Positions 54,401-64,000 of a stretch of DNA of 64,000 nucleotides are shown here, in pieces. A program made the translations under genes and the position numbers. Position 1 is the first letter of the stretch; each line of letters begins with the position of its first letter. Under the pieces are notes generated by a model. It did no database searches and was not told where the DNA came from. It worked only from the letters and a program-made list of their open reading frames with translations. Source of the stretch: Ministeria vibrans ATCC 50519 (taxonomy: Eukaryota > Protista > Filasterea); assembly GCA_943704425.1 (NCBI GenBank), contig CALSCP010002175.1, positions 62,674 to 126,673 of the forward strand, written 5' to 3'.

Positions 54401-54950
54401 TGCTCATTCGACACTTGAGGCGCAGTCCGCTGCCAGTTCGGCCGGCGACACAGATACTCCCGTGACGGCCCAGTCATCGCCGTCGTTGATCGAGACGGAG
54501 TTGCGTGAGCGGCTCGCCCTTGTGACAGAGGAGAAGGAACGCGCGCATCGTGATGCCGAGGAGGTTCGCATGGAGTTGCTTATGCGCTGTCGTCGTGCCG
54601 AGGGGCGAGTGCACACACTTGAGACGGAAATGCGTGACATGCGCGACAGTCATACGCGGGACATGGAGACGTTGAAAGAGCAGATGGCGTCGCTCATGGC
54701 GCGTCAGGGTAGCAGCAGCAACACCAGTAGCAGCTCGACGACGCCCCCGAGCAACAGCAAGACACTCTCCCTCAACATGGGCACAACTAACTCGTCATCG
54801 TCGTCGTCCGGCTCGCCACACCATCGCTCGCCCCTCAGCGACCCAATTCCCTCGACCTCCTATGTGCCGTCGGCGGCAAATGCTGCCTCGCCCACGCGCT
54901 CCGCGTCCCGTCCTTCTTCGGGCACCTCGTGGCGCACTCCAAACCATTAG
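51426..54950 (+). CDS. Multi-C2-domain, Ser/Thr-rich, coiled-coil protein (CCDC33-like)
   Basis: Intronless 1174-aa ORF. C2-like segments (RFRTDVV...SPRF; PRAFVTAK...SPVWSEVL...ELVPMQQYNLAL; PQLT...PIFNHTFMF...LEFY) and a C-terminal coiled coil. CCDC33 likeness is from recall. Confidence 0.6.
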   Translation: MRGKSVESSSPVASPTTKQRASLPTKDMSAPLTATALPARTPLGVQTSLARTMGSLGGSSVGRFTAPIPSEMRISVSRCALSRADNYFIKLEIACDSTSVYRFRTDVVSGSASPRFSCADFSFRLADAQAILAPGTAATLRLDLCVASVSAPVRRVARAALLLPRRISLGGPPAPLRVDIGADQALTSTPTTTTTSTPSSADLSGSIELSISLVPATVTPTTTSSGSPSSSSNTTPRGRASPTANSSTPVSRRQSAAQPLSALTTASTSPSLGLAATATSSSSSSSSAPLSSWSMPAPATPVSPSPSQTTGGPVKRAASRQHTLSRPHGTRSESLSSSSSASSPTQPLTPAHRRTSLQSQQLQQLQLQSISTASLASPSLVSLGPAPSEAATTAMTTNVAPSSYTMSPSSSVTASSPKHALPSTTASTTTTTTTTTAAKSLVAPATAHRSNSSPMSFSTHTGDTGLRIGQLRASVAEGTVTVVVVAHRADQVPQINGKIPRAFVTAKTGKDAAERLPARAATHAADPSCSPVWSEVLVLEGIPDSRRDAGETILLTLADSVTKRYLGRYTLAMNELVPMQQYNLALRASPTAKSPSSACLWVTVTLLPHGIPDSLPPDLLDFTLSGFNSTLPFVDTVVACARIVRDYDAYVASLSDANSSRAHSIPVTDLQRPGSSSTDSFKLQGVDNMSETDVCAPQLTLPVGPSDHPIFNHTFMFTDARSLLGKPNVNALYVVLEFYRASDTTWPNGAYFAHGVVPLSRIHSALAMVASGTPTRIDRIPVHLAPTMSTSQMPDDGFFIDCTAALTRSSSPLHTRRPVQLAVDTKLQSSSVADTTVAAVVPDSRPPPGLSQQLPLSRGPSSADSSSGSTSSVTRPMAHSRTSSATGRSAMPFSPDSFYDDRGLVMSPRSPSLVSPRSPRVYSGAPPSPTHRMSSPDPNLSYEALSERCRALARALKQETRRAAQLKMQLAGSGMDRETQARIRDLQRQLDDAHSTLEAQSAASSAGDTDTPVTAQSSPSLIETELRERLALVTEEKERAHRDAEEVRMELLMRCRRAEGRVHTLETEMRDMRDSHTRDMETLKEQMASLMARQGSSSNTSSSSTTPPSNSKTLSLNMGTTNSSSSSSGSPHHRSPLSDPIPSTSYVPSAANAASPTRSASRPSSGTSWRTPNH

Positions 54951-54965
54951 TGAATAGTGAGAGGA

Positions 54966-54996
<31 letters not shown>

Positions 54997-55266
54997 TCAT
55001 TTTCACCTTTTGTATAAGAATGCAATAATCAATGTCAACTCCAAATCCCTCCCTTTTCTCTCTGGCCGTTGCCTCAACGAAACTTTTTATCTGATTGCCA
55101 GCAACCTAGTGTTCATCTAGGCGATCATTTTGACATTCTCAGAATGAGGTGCTTCCTTTTGGTTTAATTTATAAGAGCTGTACTCAATGCATATCACATT
55201 GAAAAATAATAATAATAATAAAATTTTTAACTGAATATTAATATTAATTAATTTAAATTAGTTGAC

Positions 55267-56142
55267 ATGACCCTCGACACACCCGCATCTCCCATCGCCG
55301 AGGACACCCCCGACGACCTGTGTTTCGACGCGCACTTGTTGGGAGAGCGCAGTTTCTCGGCCGACCAGCTCATTGGAGAGTGTCGTCGTCGCCATGTCAC
55401 TCTGCCCGTGCTACGCGACGACCTGCACACGTACGCACGCACCCTGCGCTCCGAGCTGGTCGCGCTCATCAACCGAGACTACGCCGACTACGTCAACCTC
55501 AGTGGCAACCTTGTGGGCGTCGACAAGGCCATTGGCGAGCTTCGCAGACCGCTCGACGATTTGCGCCACAGCGTCACCGCCGTACGCGACGACATGCTCC
55601 ACACCACCGAAACAGTCGATGCGCTACTCAGGGAGCGCACCGAGCTCCGCGAAAAGTCCACCATTCTCCAAAATTTCCTCAATCTGTCCATGTCCGTCGA
55701 CAAGATTGAAGCGCTCCTCAGCATTGGCGATGCTGCCGGCGCCAACGTCGCCGGTGCTGCGCCCACCCTTGCCGGATCAGACTCATCGCGGCTCATGGAA
55801 CGCGTTGCGAGCGAGTTCAACCAACTGAGCTTCTTCCAGGGCCAGTGTGGCAACGTACCGTTTGTGCGCGAAATCCATCCACGTATCACACGCATTGAGG
55901 ACACTCTCCTGCAAGGACTCGAGACGGCGTTTCTGGCGGGCCTTGACAGCGCTTCCGAGGCTGCCTTGCACCAGTGTTTGAGCACGTACGCCATCATTGA
56001 TCGCGCCGAGGAGGCCGAACGGGTGTTTCGTACCGCGCGTGTACGCCCCTTTGTTGACGCCCTCATCAACGAAGTGACCGCCTCCTCAGATCAAAAACGC
56101 GGCGGTGGTAGTGCAGCGAAACAACAACAACAACAACAACAA

Positions 56143-56173
<31 letters not shown>

Positions 56174-57754
56174 CGGTGTCGTTGTCTTCGACCGGGCGTC
56201 TTGCGCGTGGTGTCACCCTAGAGAGCCTCTATACGCGTCTGCTGGAATTTGTCCCGTCGCAGTGCACACAGCTGTTGCGCTGTGCCACCTCTAATTTCAA
56301 CTTTCTCACGCAATCGGTCTTTCCAGAGTTTGTCGAAGCCCTCGACAAGCGTCTCGGCAGCATCTTCCTGCCTGGCAATCCCGACGTGTTCCACGCCAAC
56401 TACGTCTGCAGCATGGAGTTCCTCTCGGCCTTTGAGCGTCTCCTCCCGTCCCTCTCCGCCGTCCGCGATCTCCGTGCCCTTGATGCCTTCCAACACTTTG
56501 ACAAGCGCTGGAGCCTTCCAGTCTACTTCCAACTGCGTGTTCAAGAGATTGCAGCACTTTTTGAATCCGCATCGGTGGCATCAGCACAGCTCACTACCGA
56601 CAACGATGTTAACAAAAACAAGCATCCACACCAGCTCGTTCTTGCCGCCTCGCACGCCCTCACTACCGCTCTCTCCCGCTGCTGGCATTCCTCTGTCTTC
56701 CTCCAGCCTCTTGCCCCTCGCTTTTGGAAGCTCACCCTCCAACTGCTTGCTCGCTATGCCCTGTGGGCACACGACATGGCTCGCCAACAAGACAACTCTG
56801 TATCAGACCACTTTCCCAATGTGTACACTGATTTTCACTCACACTTACTTGGTAATGTTATTGTAGGAATCCCAGTTGGTATTGTGTATGCTAATTGCGC
56901 AGGACATTGCGATTCTGCGCAAGACTGTTGTCCCCTCGTTCTTCCAACGCGAAGTCATCGTGCGTGTTTTATCAGAGGACAGCACAGCAGCAGCCGCCAA
57001 CGCAACGGTTGTGTATGCGATGGAAACGGCACTGCGCGACTCTGATGAGGCACTGGCGCAGGCGGCGGGTGTCTGTGTGGAGCATACCAATACTGAGCTG
57101 AGACGCCAGTGCATTATGCGACTGACGGGCACTACCTCCACCTCCACCACAGACACAACATCCATGAGCGGCAGTGGCGGCGCACGCGCCGTCAAGAGCA
57201 TGTACCGCATGACTGGCAAGGGTGCCCCCACCACCTCTTGCTCATACGCGGCGTCGATCCTCGCTTCCCCCGTTGCCGTCCTTGTCCGTGCCGTCCGTCT
57301 CCCCTATCCCTCTGCTTCCTCTCTCGTCGAATCCTCTCTCATCTCTATTGTCAATGACACTGCCAAAAAGTATCGGAACCGTCTTTCTTTTCTCTTTCGA
57401 GCGATGACCGCACACTAAGAGTCATGTCTTTGCGTTTAGATTTGAGGAAATTGTAGTGGAGGAAATGGCGACAGTGCGCAAAACGGAAGACAGTCTGGCG
57501 CGCATGAAAAAGGTCAAATCAGTGGTAAGACAACAAAGGGAGAAACTGGCTGTGCAACGAGGTAGATTCTGATTCGTCTGTTGTATATGTATGATATTTA
57601 GAGCACAGTTTCGGGCACGCTGAGTGACTTGGAGAAGATCCAACAGCAGTTCCGATTGGACGTGAGTGCGTTTGTGGCACAGGCGCAGTCTGAGTGTGGT
57701 GTGGACACAGCGCAGTGTGCGCATGTCAGGGCACTTCAAACGACAGTTGCCTGA
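55267..57754 (+). CDS. COG2: Conserved oligomeric Golgi complex subunit 2
   Basis: LCFD...LRDDL...LRSELVALINRDYADYVNLS, IFLPGNPDVFHANY, RWSLPVYFQLR, FWKLTLQLLARY, MYRMT, RKTEDSLARMKK and LSDLEKIQQQFRLDV. Confidence 0.95.
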
Positions 57755-57756
57755 GA

Positions 57757-57780
57757 ACACACACACACACTACAAAGAGT

Positions 57781-57835
<55 letters not shown>

Positions 57836-58030
57836 CGCAAAGACATACACACACACCATCAAGACATACACCACAAAGACACAAACACACAAACAAAGAC
57901 ACATACACACCCACAAAGACACACACACACACACACACACACACAAAGACACACACAAAGACACACACACACACACATACATACATACATACATACATAC
58001 ATACACACACCACAAAGACACACACACACG
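57757..58030. repeat. Degenerate (CA)n / CACAAAGA repeat; related tracts at 37081-37172 and 38087-38322
   Basis: Seen directly. Confidence 0.9.
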
Positions 58031-58089
58031 TGCGCGCGCGCAATGTTTTTGTCGATTGTAAAATTGAAGTTTCAGTTTTTTATTTCAAA

Positions 58090-60668
58090 TTATTTGAAGG
58101 GATCGTCTTCGTCGTCGTCATCGTCGTCGTCAAAGATGCCGGTGGAGCCCGGAGCGCGATGTCCTCTAGACGGAGGTTTGCGCGCAATGCTAGCGGGACG
58201 TAGAGTGCGACGCAGAGTGCCTGTGGTACGCGCGGTGGCGCCGCTTGTCGTCTCGTCGTCCTCCGTGTCGACTGTGTCCGATGAGACGGACGCCTTCTTG
58301 GCCTTGACTGGCGGCTTTCCGCTTCCCATGATGGGTACGCCGCTCGTCTCAAACAGCTTCGCTGTGCCGCTCACACTGGACTTCTTCGCGAGAATTGCTG
58401 GCTTCTCTCCCACTCCACTCGCCACACTCGGCTTCTTCGCCAACACCGCCGGCTTCTCACTTGACACGCTGGGCTTCTTGGCCACCACAGCGGGTTTCTC
58501 CGTCGACACACTCGGCTTGCGCGTCGACACTGCCGGCTTCTCCCCCACTCCACTCGCCACACTCGGCTTCTTGGCCAGCACAGCGGGCTTCTCCATCGAC
58601 ACGCTCGGTTTGCGTGTCGACACAGGTGGCTTGTCGCCACTCGACACACTTGGCTTCTTGGCTACCGCAGCTGAGCTGCCGCCCACATCCGACGCAACGC
58701 TTGGCTTCTTGGCCAACACGGCAGGTTTGTCGCTTGTCACACTCGGCTTCTTGGCAACCGCCGCAGGCTTTGCCTTCTCCACCTCTTCCTCCTCCCTCTT
58801 CTCCTTCTTCTTCGCCAGGGGTGCCGGCTCCTCGGCTGCTGCTTCTGCTGCTGCAGCTGCCACTTCCGCTTCAGCTCCAGTTGCATTGCTCAGCAACTCA
58901 CGCAACTCATCAATCTCCTCCTCAAGCTCCTCAATGCGCGTCTCCGCCTGCTCCACATCGTCACTGGCCGTCATAAACTGTTGCTGTGACGTCAAATAAG
59001 CCTTCTTGGTCGCCGCCAGTTCCGCTCGCAGTGCCTCCAACTCCGCCTCGCTAGCACCAGTACTGCTACTGCTTTTGCTGTTGCTGGCCATCTTCTGCGC
59101 CTCCTCGATGATCTTCTCGCCTTCCAGCATCTTCTTCTTCATCTTGGTTGCCTCCAGCTCACTCTCGTCCATCTTCATCTCCAGCAAAATCTTCATCTTC
59201 TCCACCTCAGCCAGTTTGCGTGTCAGTCGATTGTTTTCCTGCTCCAGGTTCTCCGCGCGTGCCTCGGCGCGTTTCGCCCGCAACTCACATGCGCGTACAG
59301 CATCACCACCGGCCTTTTGGCCCTCGTTAGCTGCCTCACTCAGACTCCCCAACTGCCCCTCGAGTGACTCCACTTCCCGCTCCAGTCGCGTCACTTGTGT
59401 CTCTGCCTTGGTTGCTGCCTCACGCGCCTTCTTTGCCTCTCGCTCGGCCTTTTTGCACGCCTCACTGCTCTCCTCCGCCGCTGCCTCTGCCTGTGCCTTG
59501 GCGACACGCGCCGCCTTGAGGTCGCCCGCAAACTTCTTTGTACTCGAAGCAAGCTCAGCCGCACTCTCACGCGCAGCTTTCTCCGCTTCGGTTGCACGCA
59601 CCTCCAACAGCGTTGTCTGCTTCAGTGCTTCATCCAGCACCGACTGCAGATCCACTCCACTGCTCTCGCGTCGATCGCTCAAGTCGGCCCGCGCCACCAC
59701 CGTCTTCTTCTTCTTCTTCTCATTCTCCTCCTCCTTCTCTTCTTCTTCGTCTTCTTCTTCGTCTTCTTCTTCTTTTGTTTCTTTCTCCTCCTTTGCCACT
59801 TCGGTCACCTTCTCCTCCTCGACAACCGCCGCTTCTTCGACAACAACATCCTCCTGTGTCTTCTCAACGGCCGCCTCCACTTCCTCCTGCTCACCCTCAC
59901 TGTCGTCGCCATCGGCAACATCAAAGCTCCCGGCTGCGTCACGTGCCAATCGTGACTTGGCTGCGTCCGCTTGCTTAAGAATCTCCGCCATGCGCTCGGC
60001 GCGCGACTTGGTGGTGGTGGCGGTGGGCGAGGCCAGCGCGTTGGCTTCGGTCGGCGCTGGTGCGGCTGCTTTCCTTGCGCTCGTGACACCCCCAAACAGC
60101 TCGTCGTCGTCGTCGTCGTCGTCGCCACCAAACAGGTTCTTGGCGGCTGCCGATATCTTGGGCTTGGGCACGACAAGGGGGGTCGGGATGGGGTCGGGAG
60201 AGGCGGAGGACGCCGTCGCCTTGTCGAGCGTATCTTGCACTGCTCCCTGCGCCGCCGGTGGTTCCGGCGCCGCCTTGTCGCTTTGCAGAGGCGCGTCGGA
60301 CACAGCACTGCTCGGCGTCGGCGCAAGAAAGCCGTCGTCGGCGCTGTCGTTGTCGTCTACGTCGGCAAAGAGCGTCGAGGCTGTCGACGCCTTTGTCTTT
60401 GCACTGCCCCCAAACAGATCATTCTCAATCGCCGCCGTTTTGCTCTTCGTCTTGGTCTTCACCACAAACAGATCTGTCGAGAGAGATGAATAGCGGCCCT
60501 TGTGAGCCCTTCGTCTTTTCTTTTTTCTTTTTTATTGTTATAATCATTTTCGTTTTGTCATTTGGACGAAAAAATAAAAACTCTTTCTCTCTCTCATTCA
60601 CCCTTCACCCGCTTACCATCTTCGTCATCATCGTCATCGTCAAAGAACAGGTTGGCTTTTTTCGACAT
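58090..60668 (-). CDS. Acidic coiled-coil protein with multiple LF-acidic motifs and KPAVxxKKPSV repeats
   Basis: Exon 1 MSKKANLFFDDDDDDED (ATG 60668) splices to the long ORF, which has NDLFGG, TLFADVDDND, NLFGGDDDDDDDELFGG, a coiled coil, about 9 [KR]KPSV/KKSSV units and GIFDDDDDDDEDDPFK*. Confidence 0.75.
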
Positions 60669-60997
60669 GATTAAATCAAAAAAATGCTTTTTTTTTACTT
60701 TTTCCGTTTTCGTTTTTCGGAACTTTTTCGTTATTTTAGATAATTGAATAATGATCAGGTTTTAGTTTACGAAACAGTTTGTACAATGCTTCCGCCAGAG
60801 ACAGATCACAACTTGAAAAAAAAGTCAAAAGATATTAAAGATGGAGCGTTTGTGATTTATTGGAAAGAGTAGCAATAATCCAAAATCAAAACAATGTGTG
60901 GGGTCCAAGTGGGAGGGTTACTCTGCCATAGGACGCATTGGGGTGTGGACAACATGGTCAGGTGTGCATCGTGAATGAGACCAACCAGAGAATTGTT

Positions 60998-61794
60998 TCA
61001 GTCGTTGAAGAAATTGAGTTTCTAAAGAGAGACAGTAAGAGTGCACACACACACACGCACGATAAGACTTTACCGTCAAATCTTGAATCTGCTGTGCGCT
61101 CAGCTTCCCTTGACGCTTCCGCGCTCGCATTTCACGCGCCCACCGAGCCAAGGCAGGCTGCTCACGGTACACAGCCGGCACCCGCGAATGCCCGTTCTGT
61201 GCGAAGTACTCGCTCAACTGTAGAGCGAGAGGCGAGTCAGACGCCCTTCTGTCTCACTCACTCTCTCTCTCACTTCTCTCACACTCAAAATCTCCCTCAA
61301 CAATATCAACGTACCTCGCGGTAGCGTGTTGCCCAGGCACTTTTACGGCGCCTCACGCCAATCTGAACGCCCAGGATCTCGAGGCGACGCTGTCGCAGTG
61401 CGGGCAGGCGGTGCGCACGACACGCCGCCACTTGGCGGCTCAACCACCGGCCCAGATCGCTTCGTGACGGCGGATCCAGCCGCCCATGGTTGGCGTCCTT
61501 GAATGCTTCCAGCTGGCCAAAGCGGCGGTTCCACTGAACGACTGCCATTGGCGTTGGTTGCACCAAAGCAGACGGCCATGTCAACGGTTCCGCACCAAAC
61601 TCAATCCCTGCCTCGCCTGTGCCCGTCGCGGCAGCGGTGGCAACGGCAGCAGCCGCAGTAAGAAGCAAGGGGGGCCATCCGCCGTCGCCTGGCGCAGAGT
61701 CGGCCGTGTTGGAGCGAGGAGAGGCGTCGTGTGGTTCATCCTCCTCGTCCGAAAGCTCGTTGATAAAATCCGATAATTCCGTGACACCGGTCAT
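60998..61794 (-). CDS. Helicase-associated (HA) domain repeat protein with no helicase domain
   Basis: WNRRFGQLEAFKDANHG...LGRWLSRQ...L...RLEILGV and WATRYRE|LSEYFAQNGHSRVP...LARWAREMR...GKLSAQQIQDLT|KLNF. Confidence 0.85.
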
Positions 61795-61925
61795 CAAAAC
61801 GGCAAGTTGCTACGGGTGAGGAAAACACGGCAAGTGGCGTAAAAGCCGTAAATTGCTGAGTTGGGCAGTTGGCTGTTTGATCAAGGGATTTTAATTATTA
61901 TTATTCATTAATCGATGTATTTTAT

Positions 61926-62487
61926 TTACACTGCTGCACTGGCGGCCGCTCCTCTCCCTGCCGACGATGGCGACGGCGTTGACGATGATGCGTCGGTGGG
62001 CTGTGCTTGGGCGGCGTGTCGCTCGCGCCACCATTCGTCAATGACCACTTGAAAGTGCGCATCGTCTTGACTGAAAAGAGGATTGATCAATCCGACAAGC
62101 GTCTCTCCTCATCTCTCTCTCTCTCCCTCTCTCTCTTACTGGTCCTTAAAACACGTCTGCAAGTCGGCAAGCTCATCGCGGCAGTTCCAGGCCATGCCGA
62201 CCGTCTGGCCCTTGGTGCAGTCGGCCCACACTGAGCGGAGAGGGCAGAGGGGAAGAGAGAGAGAGCAGTGCGAGATCACAAATGGGAACGATAGAAGCGA
62301 CGCAAAAGCAACAGGCGACTCCGCCCGACACTCACACACACGACCAAGACCACCCCAATCCACACTCACCCTTGAAGACGGGCGCACACGACTTCTCCGC
62401 CCGTTGACGGACAATTTTCGAGAGACACCGATACGACATCTGTCGAAGATCCTCTTTTCTCGGCGCCGGGGGGATGTCGTCAGCCAT
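61926..62487 (-). CDS. CMC1: Twin CX9C mitochondrial intermembrane-space protein, CMC1-like
   Basis: Three exons: RQRAEKSCAPVFK|VWADCTKGQTVGMAWNCRDELADLQTCFKD|..., giving two exact CX9C motifs. Confidence 0.85.
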
Positions 62488-62705
62488 TGAATCAGGCTAG
62501 GAGTCGATGGAAGTGCACAAAAAAGTATGTGAATTGTGATCGGCTGATCGCAGATCGACTGACGGCGCAATGAGTACCAACTAACATATAGTGACTAATC
62601 CTTTGGTCATTCCTTCAAATAAAAAATTGGATGACCAACAACTCCTAACAAAAAAAAAAAAAAAATCAACAAACGTTTTCTTCAGCTAACAAAAAAAAGT
62701 GTATA

Positions 62706-64000
62706 ATGAGCGCAGGTCGACGGCAAGGGAGAGGACGACCGCGGTCGATCTCGGACGCCTCGCGGATGCCGGTGGACGCGGCGGTGCTTGCGGCGGCCGC
62801 AGCGGCCTCTTCCAACGGACGGGTTCAGCCTGTCGCCATTGCCCGGCGCATTCCCCCTCCCACGGCAAGCAAACCGGCGCGGCCGCGGCGCCGTCCGTCG
62901 CTGGAGCTGCACGTGAGCCCCATGCAGCGCGGCCCGGCCGGCGTCAGTCTCGACATCACGGCGCTTCACGAACGAGCGCAGGCGCACCCTTCCACACCCG
63001 CACCCGCCGGCCCGGTCGCGCCTGTCCAGCGCACCGCCGACACGAGCACCCTCAGCGACGACAGCGACGACGAAACATCCGACATTGCCAAACTCGAAGA
63101 GTTCGACGCCGTCATTGCCGCCGCTGCTGCCGCCGCCGCCCCCAGCAGCTCCGGCACGCCCGCAGCCGCCGCCAGCGCCTCTTCAACGGTTGCCCAGCGG
63201 CGCGAGGCCTTGGTGCGCGCCGCCGAAGCCGAACAAGTCGCCGTCCACAATGCGTCGTTGGCGTCGCGCGATCGTCGAGTTCAGCGGCCCCGCTCGCTCA
63301 GCGACCCCAACCGCCACGCCGGCGGCGTCCACGCAACGGCCGCCACGCTTGCCGGATTGCTTTCGCCCCGTGGTCCCCTTTCGCCCCGTGGTCCCCTTTC
63401 GCCCACAGGCGCCCTCTCGCCCACGGGAATGCTGTCGCCTCGCAAAATCGACCTGACCTCCCCCTCCAACGTCCTCAACCGAAACACCCTCACGCGCAAC
63501 CTTGGCGCCGAACTCACACAGATGCTCCAGGCCCCAAAACGCCCCACCGCCCGACCAACAGCTGTACCGACTCTCGTCGAAGAGTCCAGCGAGAGCGCCA
63601 CAGCAGCCTCGACTGCACCTGACGTGAACACAGCCGCGTCTACTGCGCAAACAAGCTTTTCACTCGACATGGACCATACTGCCGAAGACGAACTCGACGA
63701 AGACAACGCATTTGCAGCCGCACAACTCCAACAGTCGATCGACACGCAGCTTACTCAGGCCGATTACAAGCGCATGTGTGACGAGCGCGTCAAAATCACT
63801 CTCGCTGCCAGTACCATACACAATGTTTTTATTTTAACCCGCTATTTTCTTCTCATGAATTGTATTTGATGCTTGTAGATCTGCCCGTGCCCGATCTTGA
63901 CGAAGATATGCCCAAACTTGACAAGAACCTTGAAAGAGCACTCAAGAAATATCCTCGTAAGCAAAAAACCTTTGACCGTCCTTCACTTGTCCACCTATCC
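62706..64000 (+). CDS. Unknown protein with low-complexity N-terminus and LSP[RT] repeats; runs off the window
   Basis: Long ORF from 62706 with splice-like breaks near 63811-63878 and 63957; LSPRGPLSPRGPLSPTGALSPTGMLSPRK. Confidence 0.65.

Noticed and set aside
58043-60493. Long plus-strand ORFs 58043-58999 and 59006-60493
   Set aside because: They are antisense shadows of the repetitive minus-strand coiled-coil gene.

Overview
Gene-dense eukaryotic genomic DNA, probably from a protist: GC-rich exons, short GT-AG introns often filled with (CA)n, (CT)n or (TAA)n, and three N gaps. All gene models were spliced by hand from the sequence and no database was searched. The main result is an ADP-ribosylation gene island covering about 1-30.2 kb. 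The first 15 kb has eight adjacent genes linked by shared Cys/His modules: one MacroD-type macrodomain, two H-Y-E PARP-like transferases with a 4-Cys insert, three NADAR (YbiA-like) hydrolases and two paralogues that look like catalytically dead PARP remnants. Each of the two PARPs sits head-to-head with a NADAR. Next come a single-pass transmembrane 'receptor PARP' (signal peptide, Kelch, 10 EGF, TM, PARP), an RGG plus degenerate CYTH/Cet1-like protein, and a ZNFX1-like SF1 helicase fused to a related PARP domain. A housekeeping block follows: TFIIA large subunit, GT31, PDH E2, CDC50, bifunctional OHCU decarboxylase/HIUase and a PARP2-like WGR PARP. A second accessory patch at about 43.5-50.4 kb holds a pannexin/LRRC8-like 4-TM protein, a SAM-HIRAN-LRR protein and an Mx/dynamin-like pseudogene. 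The window ends with CCDC33-like, COG2, an LF-acidic-motif coiled-coil protein, an HA-domain protein, CMC1 and a truncated unknown gene.
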